A DNA stretch of 12,181 nt, from assembly GCA_963775895.1 (NCBI GenBank), contig CAVZKL010000026.1:1-12181 (forward strand). The letters are read 5' to 3'. The stretch's first letter is position 1. The number at the start of each line of letters is the position of its first letter. Below are positions 1 to 7,677 of this stretch, piece after piece. The DNA comes from Candidatus Bathyarchaeota archaeon (GTDB taxonomy: Archaea; Thermoproteota; Bathyarchaeia; Bathyarchaeales; Bathycorpusculaceae). A program made the position numbers and the translations under genes. The notes under the pieces were generated by a model. The model was not told where the DNA came from. It did no database searches and saw nothing but the letters and a program-made list of their open reading frames with translations.

Positions 1-217
1 GCGCTTAACCTTCGCGCGCGCTTTACAGAATCGAAACAGAAACCGAAAGAGCACTATTTGTGCGCACAAACAATTCACGTCTTCACAACCGTCAGTGCTC
101 TATAGGCTTCTGTTTCCGCTGATTCTAGGATTCACTGTTAAGCACACAAATTAGTAAATATCCCTTCTTGAATTTCATTATGTAGCCAAGCATTTCTGTT
201 GGAATTGGGGGAAGCAT

Positions 218-746
218 TTGGAAACTAGAGTATTTGCCGTGCTCGGTGTGGCCCTTGCTATCCTGTTCGTTTCTCTTGGAGTGGTCAGAATTCTGTCTTG
301 GGAGGCTGCAGGAACATTGGCCGCAACGACGATTGGAGTTGTCAGCATGATTATCGCGATTGGAAGACAAGAAACGAAGAGGAAAGAGACAGCTGCGCCT
401 GAACTGGGAGAATCAGCGGGAGATGAAGGACTCCTGTGGGAGGAGTCGATTCAAGTGTGCGAAGAATGGCTGCAGTCACTACAATTTCAGAATTGAAGAA
501 GATGAGAAACTGACAGGAGAGATTTGCTCAGACGATTATTTTAACGTGTACTTTGTCACTCCGCGCAATTTCAAAGAATACCAGAATGGGAATGAAGATT
601 TCAGATACGAATACGGAACCGAGCACGCGTCAAAGATGAAGGTCAATTTCATGCCTAACAGGGCAGGCAGGTTTTACTGCATTATTGAAAGCGCGAGTCA
701 AGCCGATATAGACGTTAACGTCTCTTTGCGTGTTAAAAGAATCTGA
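218..746 (+). CDS. Membrane-anchored hypothetical protein (2 N-terminal TM helices + beta-rich, GOLD/emp24-like soluble domain), split by a +1 frameshift near 458
   Basis: ORF 218-496 has two hydrophobic segments. Removing one base at about 458 (caa gtg [t] gcg aag aat) joins ...LLWEESIQV to AKNGCSHYNFRIEEDEKLTGEI...VNVSLRVKRI of ORF 360-746, giving about 175 aa. The GOLD-like call is only a resemblance. Confidence 0.6.
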
Positions 747-902
747 CCGAAACGCGCTTCTCCAAAGCTAGCAATCCTGCGATACGACTGATTCATGATT
801 TCACGTTGCAGATCGGCTTCAACCGAGGATGAGAATGAATGAGGACAGAGCATCAGCAGAATCAGTGATCTCTTCAAACCATCAAGGTGCAACTTGGTTT
901 GT

Positions 903-991
903 TGGCGCGGGGTGTGGGATTTGAACCCACGCGGGTGAAACCACCCACAGACTTAGCAGGCCTGCCCCCTACCAGGCTAGGGCAACCCCGC
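903..991 (-). tRNA. tRNA-Ser (anticodon GCT), intronless, CCA encoded
   Basis: Reverse complement GCGGGGT TGCCCTAGCCTGGTAGGGGG CAGGC CT-GCT-AA GTCTG TGGGTGGTTTCACCCGC GTGGG TTCAAAT CCCAC ACCCCGC G CCA: acceptor stem, D arm, anticodon at 955-957, long variable arm, T loop, discriminator G. Confidence 0.97.
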
Positions 992-1029
992 CCTGTTTTG
1001 GCTCAACCTCGCTTAGGTTTTAGCAAGGT

Positions 1030-1045
1030 TCTTATTATTTTCGTT
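1030..1045 (-). promoter_or_regulatory. Putative BRE/TATA promoter of the tRNA-Ser gene
   Basis: Minus-strand AACGAAAATAATAAGA lies about 40-55 nt upstream of the mature tRNA 5' end. Confidence 0.35.
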
Positions 1046-1256
1046 TTCCTAAGCACGGCCTGTCATCTCACTGGCAGACGTGCTCAAAGCCAACGGATAG
1101 TAGTCTCATTATGTCTTCTTTATTGTTTACGGGTTTTCCACGATCTATTCGTGGTCGCTGTTGAGCTCGAAGATCGCTGTCCTGTCTGAATGTAATGGAG
1201 TGTATCCGTCGAAGAATAAGCGTTAAATGATTAGAGTTGTTTCTCTATGCTCTCGC

Positions 1257-1676
1257 ATGTCAGTCAGTCAAGAAGTCAGGGGTAACGCGCTGAAGGTTTA
1301 CCTGTACTTGCTCAGGCACGGTCCGTCTGAGCTAAGGGATGTTCAGCGTGGGGTCGGCCTGTCGTCGCCTTCTCTTGCCTCTTACCATCTGGGAAAACTT
1401 TCAGAGGCAGGCTTCGTGATGCAGGATGAGCATGGTAGGTATTGCGCGGTGAAGGAGGCGTCAGATAAGGTCCTTGAGGGCTACTCGAGGATGGGGCCCG
1501 CAATCGTGCCGCAGCTGTTCTTCTTCGCGTTGCTCTTCACCATTCTTGTGTCGTTCTTTTCGTTCGAGGCATTGTACGCGTCGAGTTTCACGGTGTACTT
1601 GGTAGCTGTCTGTGCTGCTATGGTTCTCGTGTTCTGGTATGAGACGGTGAGGCTATGGCGCAGGCTGGCAGTCTGA
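1257..1676 (+). CDS. Membrane-tethered winged-HTH transcriptional regulator (wHTH + 2 C-terminal TM helices)
   Basis: LKVYLYLLRHGPSELRDVQRGVGLSSPSLASYHLGKLSEAGFV is an ArsR/TrmB-like wHTH followed by two hydrophobic helices. Start 1257 is preferred over 1227 because TATA-like GTTAAAT (1222-1228) lies about 30 nt upstream. Confidence 0.85.
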   Translation: MSVSQEVRGNALKVYLYLLRHGPSELRDVQRGVGLSSPSLASYHLGKLSEAGFVMQDEHGRYCAVKEASDKVLEGYSRMGPAIVPQLFFFALLFTILVSFFSFEALYASSFTVYLVAVCAAMVLVFWYETVRLWRRLAV

Positions 1677-1700
1677 CTCGGCGACGCGTATCGCTTACGG

Positions 1701-1770
1701 ACGGTTAAAGACCGTTGAAAGGATCGTTCAACGATCCTGAAAGAACTTTCAAAAATGTAGGTTTTTATTT
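1701..1770 (+). promoter_or_regulatory. Palindromic operator-like cluster and TATA box upstream of the DUF4382-like gene
   Basis: AGGATCGTT-C-AACGATCCT (1720-1738), CGTTGAA-N7-TTCAACG (1713-1733), TGAAAG-AA-CTTTCA (1738-1751), ACGGT-N5-ACCGT (1701-1715), TTTTTATT at about 1762-1769, and SD-like GAGGAG at 1793-1798. Confidence 0.5.
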
Positions 1771-1804
1771 CCTCATACCCACACCTACGGCCGAGGAGAA
1801 AAGA

Positions 1805-2971
1805 ATGCCAAGAAAATGGACTTTGAAATACGGTTTGGCCGCGGTGCTCGTAGCGATTGTCGTCATTGCCGTCGTGATGTTTGCTAACCCAATGTCTTCT
1901 TTGACACCTAATCAGACCCCAACTGCAGCGTCTTTCCTAGTGATGCTGACTGATCCTCCGACTGTGCCTGCTGGGACCACGTTGCTTAACTTGACGTACT
2001 CCAACGTTACGCTTCACGTCACTTATTCAAATGGAACTTCCGATTGGCTTCCTGTCAACGCCTCTGGAACGGTTAATCTGTTCTCGTTGGTGAACGTAAG
2101 TCAGACCATTGCTTCCACGATGATTCCGAGCAATTCAACAGTGGACAAGATCCAGTTCACCATAGCCGACGTCACAGCTGTCGTCAACGGAGCGCTGTAT
2201 AACGTGACTGCCTTGTCGAACACGCTTGTTGTGATGGTTGCCAACAGTCAGGTCAATCAGACACTTTCAGGTGTGCTGGTGGACTTCAATCCGACGCTGG
2301 TGCAAATTCAGGCGACTGACGCCAATGGAACTCTCGTGTACTATTACGTGCTTGTCCCGAGTGCAACTGCCACCATTGTCGGTGACTTGACCAAGGAGCA
2401 AATCAAAGTAGGAACCATCGTTGAGCTGGGACAGAACAATAAAGTAAAACTTGTGCACGTTGTGGAAGAGTTTTCGAAACAACGTGACAATTCTTTCGGC
2501 TTCGCTTTCGGTGAAAGGCAACGTTACAACTCTTTCGGTGACAATAAAGAACGAGGGCAACGTAACCTTCAGAATTTTCGGACTAACACTGCACGGTGAA
2601 TTCAACGCGACCAGGACTTGGAAAAAGATGGACGACGAAAAAGACCACGAGATCGTCTGAGAAGACTCATCCTGACACGATTCCTTTCAAACTGAACGAT
2701 TCATCGCTGATTCCGCTTTTTGGAACCAATCATGAGCACGATGACGAAGAAAAGCATGGAAACAACAATGAAGACATGGACGTTTTCTTCGCTGGCTCTA
2801 CTTCCCGGGCAGAATGTTACATTGAGTTTCAGTGGTGTCATCGCGCTTCAGCCAGAAAATGACATGATGGAGCATCCAGCGATGGTTATTACTCCGATAA
2901 TTGGCGGCAACTACACCATAAGACTGACGGGCGAGGGCTTCCAAACATTCAACGTCACGGCCACGTCTTAA
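1805..2971 (+). CDS. DUF4382-like secreted/surface glycoprotein, interrupted by three +1 frameshifts (about 2480, 2658, 2782)
   Basis: N-terminal signal/anchor MPRKWTLKYGLAAVLVAIVVIAVVMFA and an LTDPP motif typical of DUF4382. ORFs 1715-2599, 2451-2660, 2596-2862 and 2720-2971 join into one protein of about 387 aa, with about 18 N-x-S/T sequons spread across all pieces. Confidence 0.75.
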
Positions 2972-2974
2972 CCT

Positions 2975-3010
2975 AGGCGAGACTCGCTTCCCCCTGTTTT
3001 TCTCTTTTTT
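2975..3010 (+). terminator. Putative terminator (short inverted repeat + oligo-T tract)
   Basis: AGGCGAG-A-CTCGCTT followed by TTTTTCTCTTTTTT immediately after the TAA at 2971. Confidence 0.55.
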
Positions 3011-3069
3011 GTTCGAACTTACGTTTTCCAAGGCATATTCAACTCTTGAAGTACATGCGTTTTTCGCAG

Positions 3070-3095
3070 TTTTACTTTAGTAAAAGGCTTAAGTA
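3070..3095 (+). promoter_or_regulatory. mgsA promoter (BRE-TATA) overlapped by a 7-2-7 palindrome
   Basis: TTTTACT-TT-AGTAAAA (3070-3085) runs into AAAAGG-CTTAAGTA, ending about 20 nt before the ATG at 3115, consistent with a leaderless transcript. Confidence 0.45.
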
Positions 3096-3114
3096 ATCGC
3101 TGCGAGTTAGGACG

Positions 3115-3507
3115 ATGGGATTTCACTTGAGAAAAGCAATCGCCTTGGTAGCTCATGACAACAAGAAGAATGACTTGATGGAGTGGGCCGACTTCAACAA
3201 AGGAACGCTAGCTCGCCACTCACTTTACGCGACTGGAGGAACCGGAAAGAGAATCGCGGCGAAAACAGGCCTGAGCATCACTCTACTCAAGGATGGTTCT
3301 CAAGGCGGAGACATGGAACTTGGTGCAATGATAGCCAACAAAAAGCTGGATTATTTGATCTTTTTCTGGGATCCGTTAGAGTCTCTTCCTCATGACGTTG
3401 ACGTTAAGGCTCTGCTCAGGGTAGCCGTCTTGTACAATATTCCCACCGCCTGCAACAGAGCAACAGCAGACCTGATAATATCGAGCCCTCTATTCTCCAG
3501 CGAATGA
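3115..3507 (+). CDS. mgsA: Methylglyoxal synthase
   Basis: Hallmark motifs IALVAHDNKK, YATGGTG, GGD (catalytic Asp), FFWDPL, PHDVDVKALLR and NRATAD; 130 aa. Confidence 0.93.
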   Translation: MGFHLRKAIALVAHDNKKNDLMEWADFNKGTLARHSLYATGGTGKRIAAKTGLSITLLKDGSQGGDMELGAMIANKKLDYLIFFWDPLESLPHDVDVKALLRVAVLYNIPTACNRATADLIISSPLFSSE

Positions 3508-3600
3508 GCAGACCCGCGCTTTCGAATAGAGGAATGGAAATAACAAGATACGCCATTGTTCTGTCGGTGCGTAGTCAGACACTGATTGATGTGATTGCTT

Positions 3601-4143
3601 TCACTCTTCGTTTTCGCTTTTCATCTTTTGCAGGTTAGCAGCTATCCTTGAGAAGGTTATCGGCTGATAATGCGCGTTCTCGTCTAAGTTTATTAAAAAC
3701 CCTTCGACATCCTCTAGGTTAAGGTAGGCTTTCAATTGTTGGGTCGCCTCCTCCCTGACAGTCCGTAAGTACCTTGCATATTCCGAGTAATTCCTGAAGA
3801 ATGAGATCGAAACCATATCTTGTCCCAAGCCCCTTCCATTCATGACCATGAGGAAGGTGCGTTGGTTTTGCTTCTCTATCTTCTTGGCTTCTGCGTACAG
3901 TTCATCGAGTTCCTTGGGAGAAAGAGCTCTCAGTTTCGAGAAAACGACTGCTATAAGGTGATACCCGAGCTTCTGGAAGTCAGGTATCATCGTGTATTCC
4001 TTGATGATTCCGGCTTTTTCCAATCTTCCTCTCGTCCTGGTGACAGTGGGCTGTGTCGTGCCTATCGCCTTGGCCAGTTCTCTGTCGCTCCTTCGACTGT
4101 TTTTCATGAGCTCGGCAACCAACTTCAACTCGACATCTTTCAC
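3601..4143 (-). CDS. Lrp/AsnC-family transcriptional regulator
   Basis: ELMKNSRRSDRELAKAIGTTQPTVTRTRGRLEKAGIIKEYTMIPDFQKLGY is an AsnC-type wHTH plus linker. GTG start with GGAGAG upstream. Confidence 0.92.
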   Translation of the reverse strand: MKDVELKLVAELMKNSRRSDRELAKAIGTTQPTVTRTRGRLEKAGIIKEYTMIPDFQKLGYHLIAVVFSKLRALSPKELDELYAEAKKIEKQNQRTFLMVMNGRGLGQDMVSISFFRNYSEYARYLRTVREEATQQLKAYLNLEDVEGFLINLDENAHYQPITFSRIAANLQKMKSENEE

Positions 4144-4230
4144 ATTATTTGCTCTCCTCAGGGACGTGTATGATTACTGTATTATCAAATAAAAAGGATT
4201 AGCTTTTTCGTGCACGATCGGGCGTGAGCA

Positions 4231-4249
4231 GACTGTTTATTATACAGTC
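4231..4249 (+). promoter_or_regulatory. TATA box embedded in a palindrome in the divergent lrp/prsW intergenic region
   Basis: GACTGT-TTATTAT-ACAGTC about 30-50 nt upstream of the protease start; a second perfect palindrome TCGTGCACGA at 4208-4217. Confidence 0.45.
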
Positions 4250-4280
4250 CAGCAAAGAGAAGTCAGGAGTTCTGGTCTGA

Positions 4281-4856
4281 TTGGCAGGACAGGAAAGCAT
4301 GACCATTCCGCTTCACAAACCGCATGTAAAAGAAATGCTGTTCTTTCTAATCTCTGGGATCATAGTGAGCATTCCTCTGACGGTTTTCATCAACAATTAT
4401 TCAGGGTACCTGTTTTTCTTCCTGCCCTCCAATTATGTTGGAATATTCTCAGTGGTGATTCTCGCACCTCTGATCGAGGAGTTTTCAAAGGCGTATCCGC
4501 TCTTTTATCGTCACGCTGAGACGGAGAGAGGCATTTTTACTCTGGGCTTTCTGGTGGGTTTGGGGTTTGGAATCGTGGAGTTCGTTGAATACGTCGTCTT
4601 CCTACAAGTCCCGATACTGGTGCGTTTACCAGCAGTCTTCTTTCATGGGTGCACCACCTCGATCATTGCTTTCGGAATCGCTAAGAAACAGCCCTTCGGT
4701 TTCTATCTCATCGCCGTGGCTTTACACTTGTCGAACAACCTGCTAGCAGTGATGGGACCTGTTTGGGTGATAGGAGGGCCCGTCATCATCGGACTTACGT
4801 ACTTGCTTGCATGGTTCTTCTACAGCAGGACCAAACAACGTATGATCCCGTTCTAG
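4281..4856 (+). CDS. PrsW-family glutamic intramembrane protease
   Basis: Polytopic membrane protein with APLIEEFSK (EExxK), GLGFGIVE (FxxxE), FHG and LHLSNN (HxxxN) motifs. The start could be TTG 4281 or ATG 4299. Confidence 0.88.
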   Translation: MAGQESMTIPLHKPHVKEMLFFLISGIIVSIPLTVFINNYSGYLFFFLPSNYVGIFSVVILAPLIEEFSKAYPLFYRHAETERGIFTLGFLVGLGFGIVEFVEYVVFLQVPILVRLPAVFFHGCTTSIIAFGIAKKQPFGFYLIAVALHLSNNLLAVMGPVWVIGGPVIIGLTYLLAWFFYSRTKQRMIPF

Positions 4857-4998
4857 CCGTAATCGAAAAGCGCGCTGAACCGTGTAAACTCGCAGCCCCA
4901 GACAAAATCAAATTCAGGTCGTTCTGGAGTGGTAAGAACAAAGGTTCACGAAACACGTAAATCCTCAGGAACAATATCCGTTCTTGGTGTGAAAACTC

Positions 4999-5460
4999 TT
5001 GACTGAGCTGAAAGTCGGGGACTTGGCTCCTGAATTCTCCTTGATGGACGAGCATGGTATGCCAGTTAGTCTGAAGGACTATCGCGGAAAGAACGTGGTG
5101 GTTCTGTACTTCTATCCAAAAGACTTCACATCCGGCTGCACCACCGAAGCATGCAGTTTCAGAGACGACTACAAGCTTTATCAAGAGAAAGGCGCAGTCG
5201 TAATCGGCGTCAGCCTCGACAGCGTGGAATCGCACTCAAAATTCTCTGAAAAATACACTCTGCCCTTTACTATTCTGAGCGACAGAGGCAAGGAAGTTGC
5301 AAAGGCTTACGGGGTCCTTGGAATCGGAGGTATTCTTGCAAAGAGGGTCACGTTCATAATTAACAAGGATGGGAAAATTACGCATATTTTCCCGAAAGTG
5401 GACGTGAAGCAACACTCTGAAGAGGTTCTGAGAGCGCTTGAAGAAGCGCAAAAAACGTGA
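4999..5460 (+). CDS. bcp: Bcp/PrxQ-type peroxiredoxin (CxxxxC)
   Basis: LKVGDLAPEFSL, YFYPKDFTSGCTTEACSFRD, IGVSLDSVESHSKF, RVTFIINKDGKI. Confidence 0.95.
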   Translation: MTELKVGDLAPEFSLMDEHGMPVSLKDYRGKNVVVLYFYPKDFTSGCTTEACSFRDDYKLYQEKGAVVIGVSLDSVESHSKFSEKYTLPFTILSDRGKEVAKAYGVLGIGGILAKRVTFIINKDGKITHIFPKVDVKQHSEEVLRALEEAQKT

Positions 5461-5495
5461 GTGCTCGACAACGCTTTGAGCAACGCTGAGAAAAC

Positions 5496-6458
5496 TTAGA
5501 GTCCTATCGAGTGGGCAACATTCTTGATTATCTCTGCCGACTTCTGAAAATCTGCCCGTTCTTTCTCGCTCAGTGGCAGTTCTATGACGCGCTTCACCCC
5601 GCTGCGATTAAGGATCACGGGCACGCTCAGACAGATGTCGCTGACTCCGAGATAGTTCTCGAGAAGGCAGGAAACAGTCAACACGGTGTTTTCGTTTCGG
5701 AGTATGCTCTCAACGATCTTCGTCAATCCAAGTGCTACGGCGTAGAATGTTCTGCCCTTCCGTTTTATGATCTCGTACCCCGCGTTCTTGGCTTCTAGGA
5801 ACAACTTGTTAAAGTCGTCAAGGTCATAACGAACATCACAGACAGGACAGTAATCTTTCAGCCTGATTCCACCGATGTTGGCCAAGCTCCACACGGGGAC
5901 TTCACTGTCGCCGTGCTCGCCGATTATGTAAGAGTGAACGTTCCTTGGGTCCACTTGAAGATATTCGCCGAGGAGATAACGAAGGCGAGCCGTGTCGAGG
6001 ACGGTTCCAGACCCTATCACGCGGTTCTTGGGAAAACCAGAGAGCTTCAAGGCCGCGTACGTCATTACGTCCAACGGGTTTGTAACCACCAAGAGAACAC
6101 ATTCTTGGTTGTACCTCGTTACGTTCGGTATTATCTGTTTCATGATTTGGAAATTCCCTTCAGCCAACTCTAGGCGGGACTGTTCAATTCTCTGTCCCTT
6201 ATCTACGGCTATCGTCACTATGTCTGCGTCCTCGCAATCGGAATAGTCGCCTGCCCAGATTTTTGTCGGGTAAGCGAAGGGAACTCCATGGTTCAAATCC
6301 ATCGCCTCTCCCTCCGCCCTGTTCTTGTCGACGTCTATTATCACGATCTGAGAAGCTAATCCGTGAATCAAAAGGGAATATGCAAACGTTGCCCCTACAG
6401 CGCCTGCGCCTACGATGGCAACTTTCGGTCCATCAACCTCACGTTTAACCGAACTCAA
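5496..6458 (-). CDS. ldh: NAD-dependent L-lactate dehydrogenase (LDH/MDH superfamily, LDH-type signature residues)
   Basis: KVAIVGAGAVG Rossmann motif, DLNH, Q-x5-R loop (Q102/R109), TNPLDV, GSGTVLDTARLR, IGEHGDSE, KGRTFY. TTG at 6458 with GAGGAAGAG upstream is preferred over the ORF-track start 6539, giving about 320 aa. Confidence 0.9.
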   Translation of the reverse strand: MSSVKREVDGPKVAIVGAGAVGATFAYSLLIHGLASQIVIIDVDKNRAEGEAMDLNHGVPFAYPTKIWAGDYSDCEDADIVTIAVDKGQRIEQSRLELAEGNFQIMKQIIPNVTRYNQECVLLVVTNPLDVMTYAALKLSGFPKNRVIGSGTVLDTARLRYLLGEYLQVDPRNVHSYIIGEHGDSEVPVWSLANIGGIRLKDYCPVCDVRYDLDDFNKLFLEAKNAGYEIIKRKGRTFYAVALGLTKIVESILRNENTVLTVSCLLENYLGVSDICLSVPVILNRSGVKRVIELPLSEKERADFQKSAEIIKNVAHSIGL

Positions 6459-6635
6459 CCCAATCTCTTCCTCTGCGTTTTGAAAACCAAAATATACGAT
6501 GTGCCGATTGTTCCATGTTAATCTTGCGCTTCCACTCAAGCTGCTCGAAAAGTTGCGTTTGGCTTGTGACTTTTTTCCTGTTGCGCAGACGATAAATGAA
6601 CGTAATGCAATTCAGTACTTGCAGGTCGATGAGGA

Positions 6636-7529
6636 ATGTACGTGCCCGAGTTTCCCAATTTCAGAAACCTCACACGCGAAGACGAATCATTGCTCGTTCC
6701 ATTTCTTCGTGAAATCCAACCTCAGATATCTGAGTTGACGTTTACCAACCTTTTCGTGTGGAACGGTTCTGAACCAGTAACGCTTTCACGCTTCGAAGAA
6801 ACCGTGCTTCTTCAACGCACCAGAATCCAGGACGGGAAGACTTTCCTTTTGCCACCGTTGGGAAGACAACTTCTAACCAACCTCGTAAGGGCAATAAGAA
6901 CGGAGAACTTGGGGCACGACGTTCCACCTCTTTACGGCGTGACGTCTGAGCAGTATGAATTGTTGAGCAAGGAAGGGTGGAGCGTTGAACCCGATCGTGA
7001 CGACTGGGACTACGTGTACACCGTAACCGACCTTGCTGACCTTCCAGGTGACAAATACCACGCCAAACGCAACTTCATTACCCGTTGCCTCTCCCAGCAT
7101 GACTGCCGATACACCAACATTGGTCCGTCAGAAATTGACGATTGCCTCAACCTTCAAACCCAATGGTGCAACCTCCGCAACTGCAGCGAGAACGCTGGTC
7201 TCGAAGCAGAGAGCACCGCCATAAAAACTGTCTTCGAAAACTATGAATTCCTGGGCGTTACCGGAGGAGCCGTATACGTTGATGATAAACTCGAGGCGTT
7301 TACCATCGCGGAACCACTCAACAGGGATACTGCCGTGATTCACTTCGAAAAAGCCAACCCCGAGATAGATGGACTGTACCAGGTCATCAACCAGTGGTTC
7401 TGCCAAAAAGCGTTGAGGAGTTTCACGTTCGTGAACCGAGAACAAGACCTGGGAGTGCCTGGTCTCAGAAAGGCCAAACTGAGTTATTATCCGCATCACA
7501 TGGTTGAAAAATACATTGTGCACTTCTGA
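6636..7529 (+). CDS. Stand-alone DUF2156 / phosphatidylglycerol lysyltransferase C-terminal-like (GNAT/FemX-fold) protein
   Basis: SELTFTNLFVW, DRDDWDYVY, LPGDKYHAKRN, IHFEKAN, GLYQVINQ and VNREQDLGVPGLRKAKLSYYP motifs. No TM flippase domain. SD-like GAGGA upstream. Confidence 0.88.
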   Translation: MYVPEFPNFRNLTREDESLLVPFLREIQPQISELTFTNLFVWNGSEPVTLSRFEETVLLQRTRIQDGKTFLLPPLGRQLLTNLVRAIRTENLGHDVPPLYGVTSEQYELLSKEGWSVEPDRDDWDYVYTVTDLADLPGDKYHAKRNFITRCLSQHDCRYTNIGPSEIDDCLNLQTQWCNLRNCSENAGLEAESTAIKTVFENYEFLGVTGGAVYVDDKLEAFTIAEPLNRDTAVIHFEKANPEIDGLYQVINQWFCQKALRSFTFVNREQDLGVPGLRKAKLSYYPHHMVEKYIVHF

Positions 7530-7677
7530 ATGATCAAATCTGCTTTGCAGGCATGACTGGCTTCAGAATACGTGCAACAGTCTCGGAAAGGACAATAGGT
7601 GCTATCAATGTTTTTCTCCTAAGCAATCACGTTCTAGAAGACGTCAAGGTGTATTTTACGATTATGTTCGCTGATAT

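Noticed and set aside
710-723. Perfect palindrome AGACGTTAACGTCT
   Set aside because: Lies inside coding sequence (DVNVS) with no supporting context.
887-1189. 100-aa ORF containing ARGVGFEPTR
   Set aside because: Antisense shadow of tRNA-Ser; no protein motif.
2470-2790. Programmed ribosomal frameshifting in the DUF4382-like gene
   Set aside because: It would need three consecutive +1 shifts, and no consistent slippery sites or stimulators are visible.
6288-6302. T-arm-like hairpin ATGG-TTCAAAT-CCAT matching the tRNA T loop (possible att site)
   Set aside because: Encodes the conserved MDLNH of LDH on the other strand; only 11 bp match and no acceptor-stem sequence.
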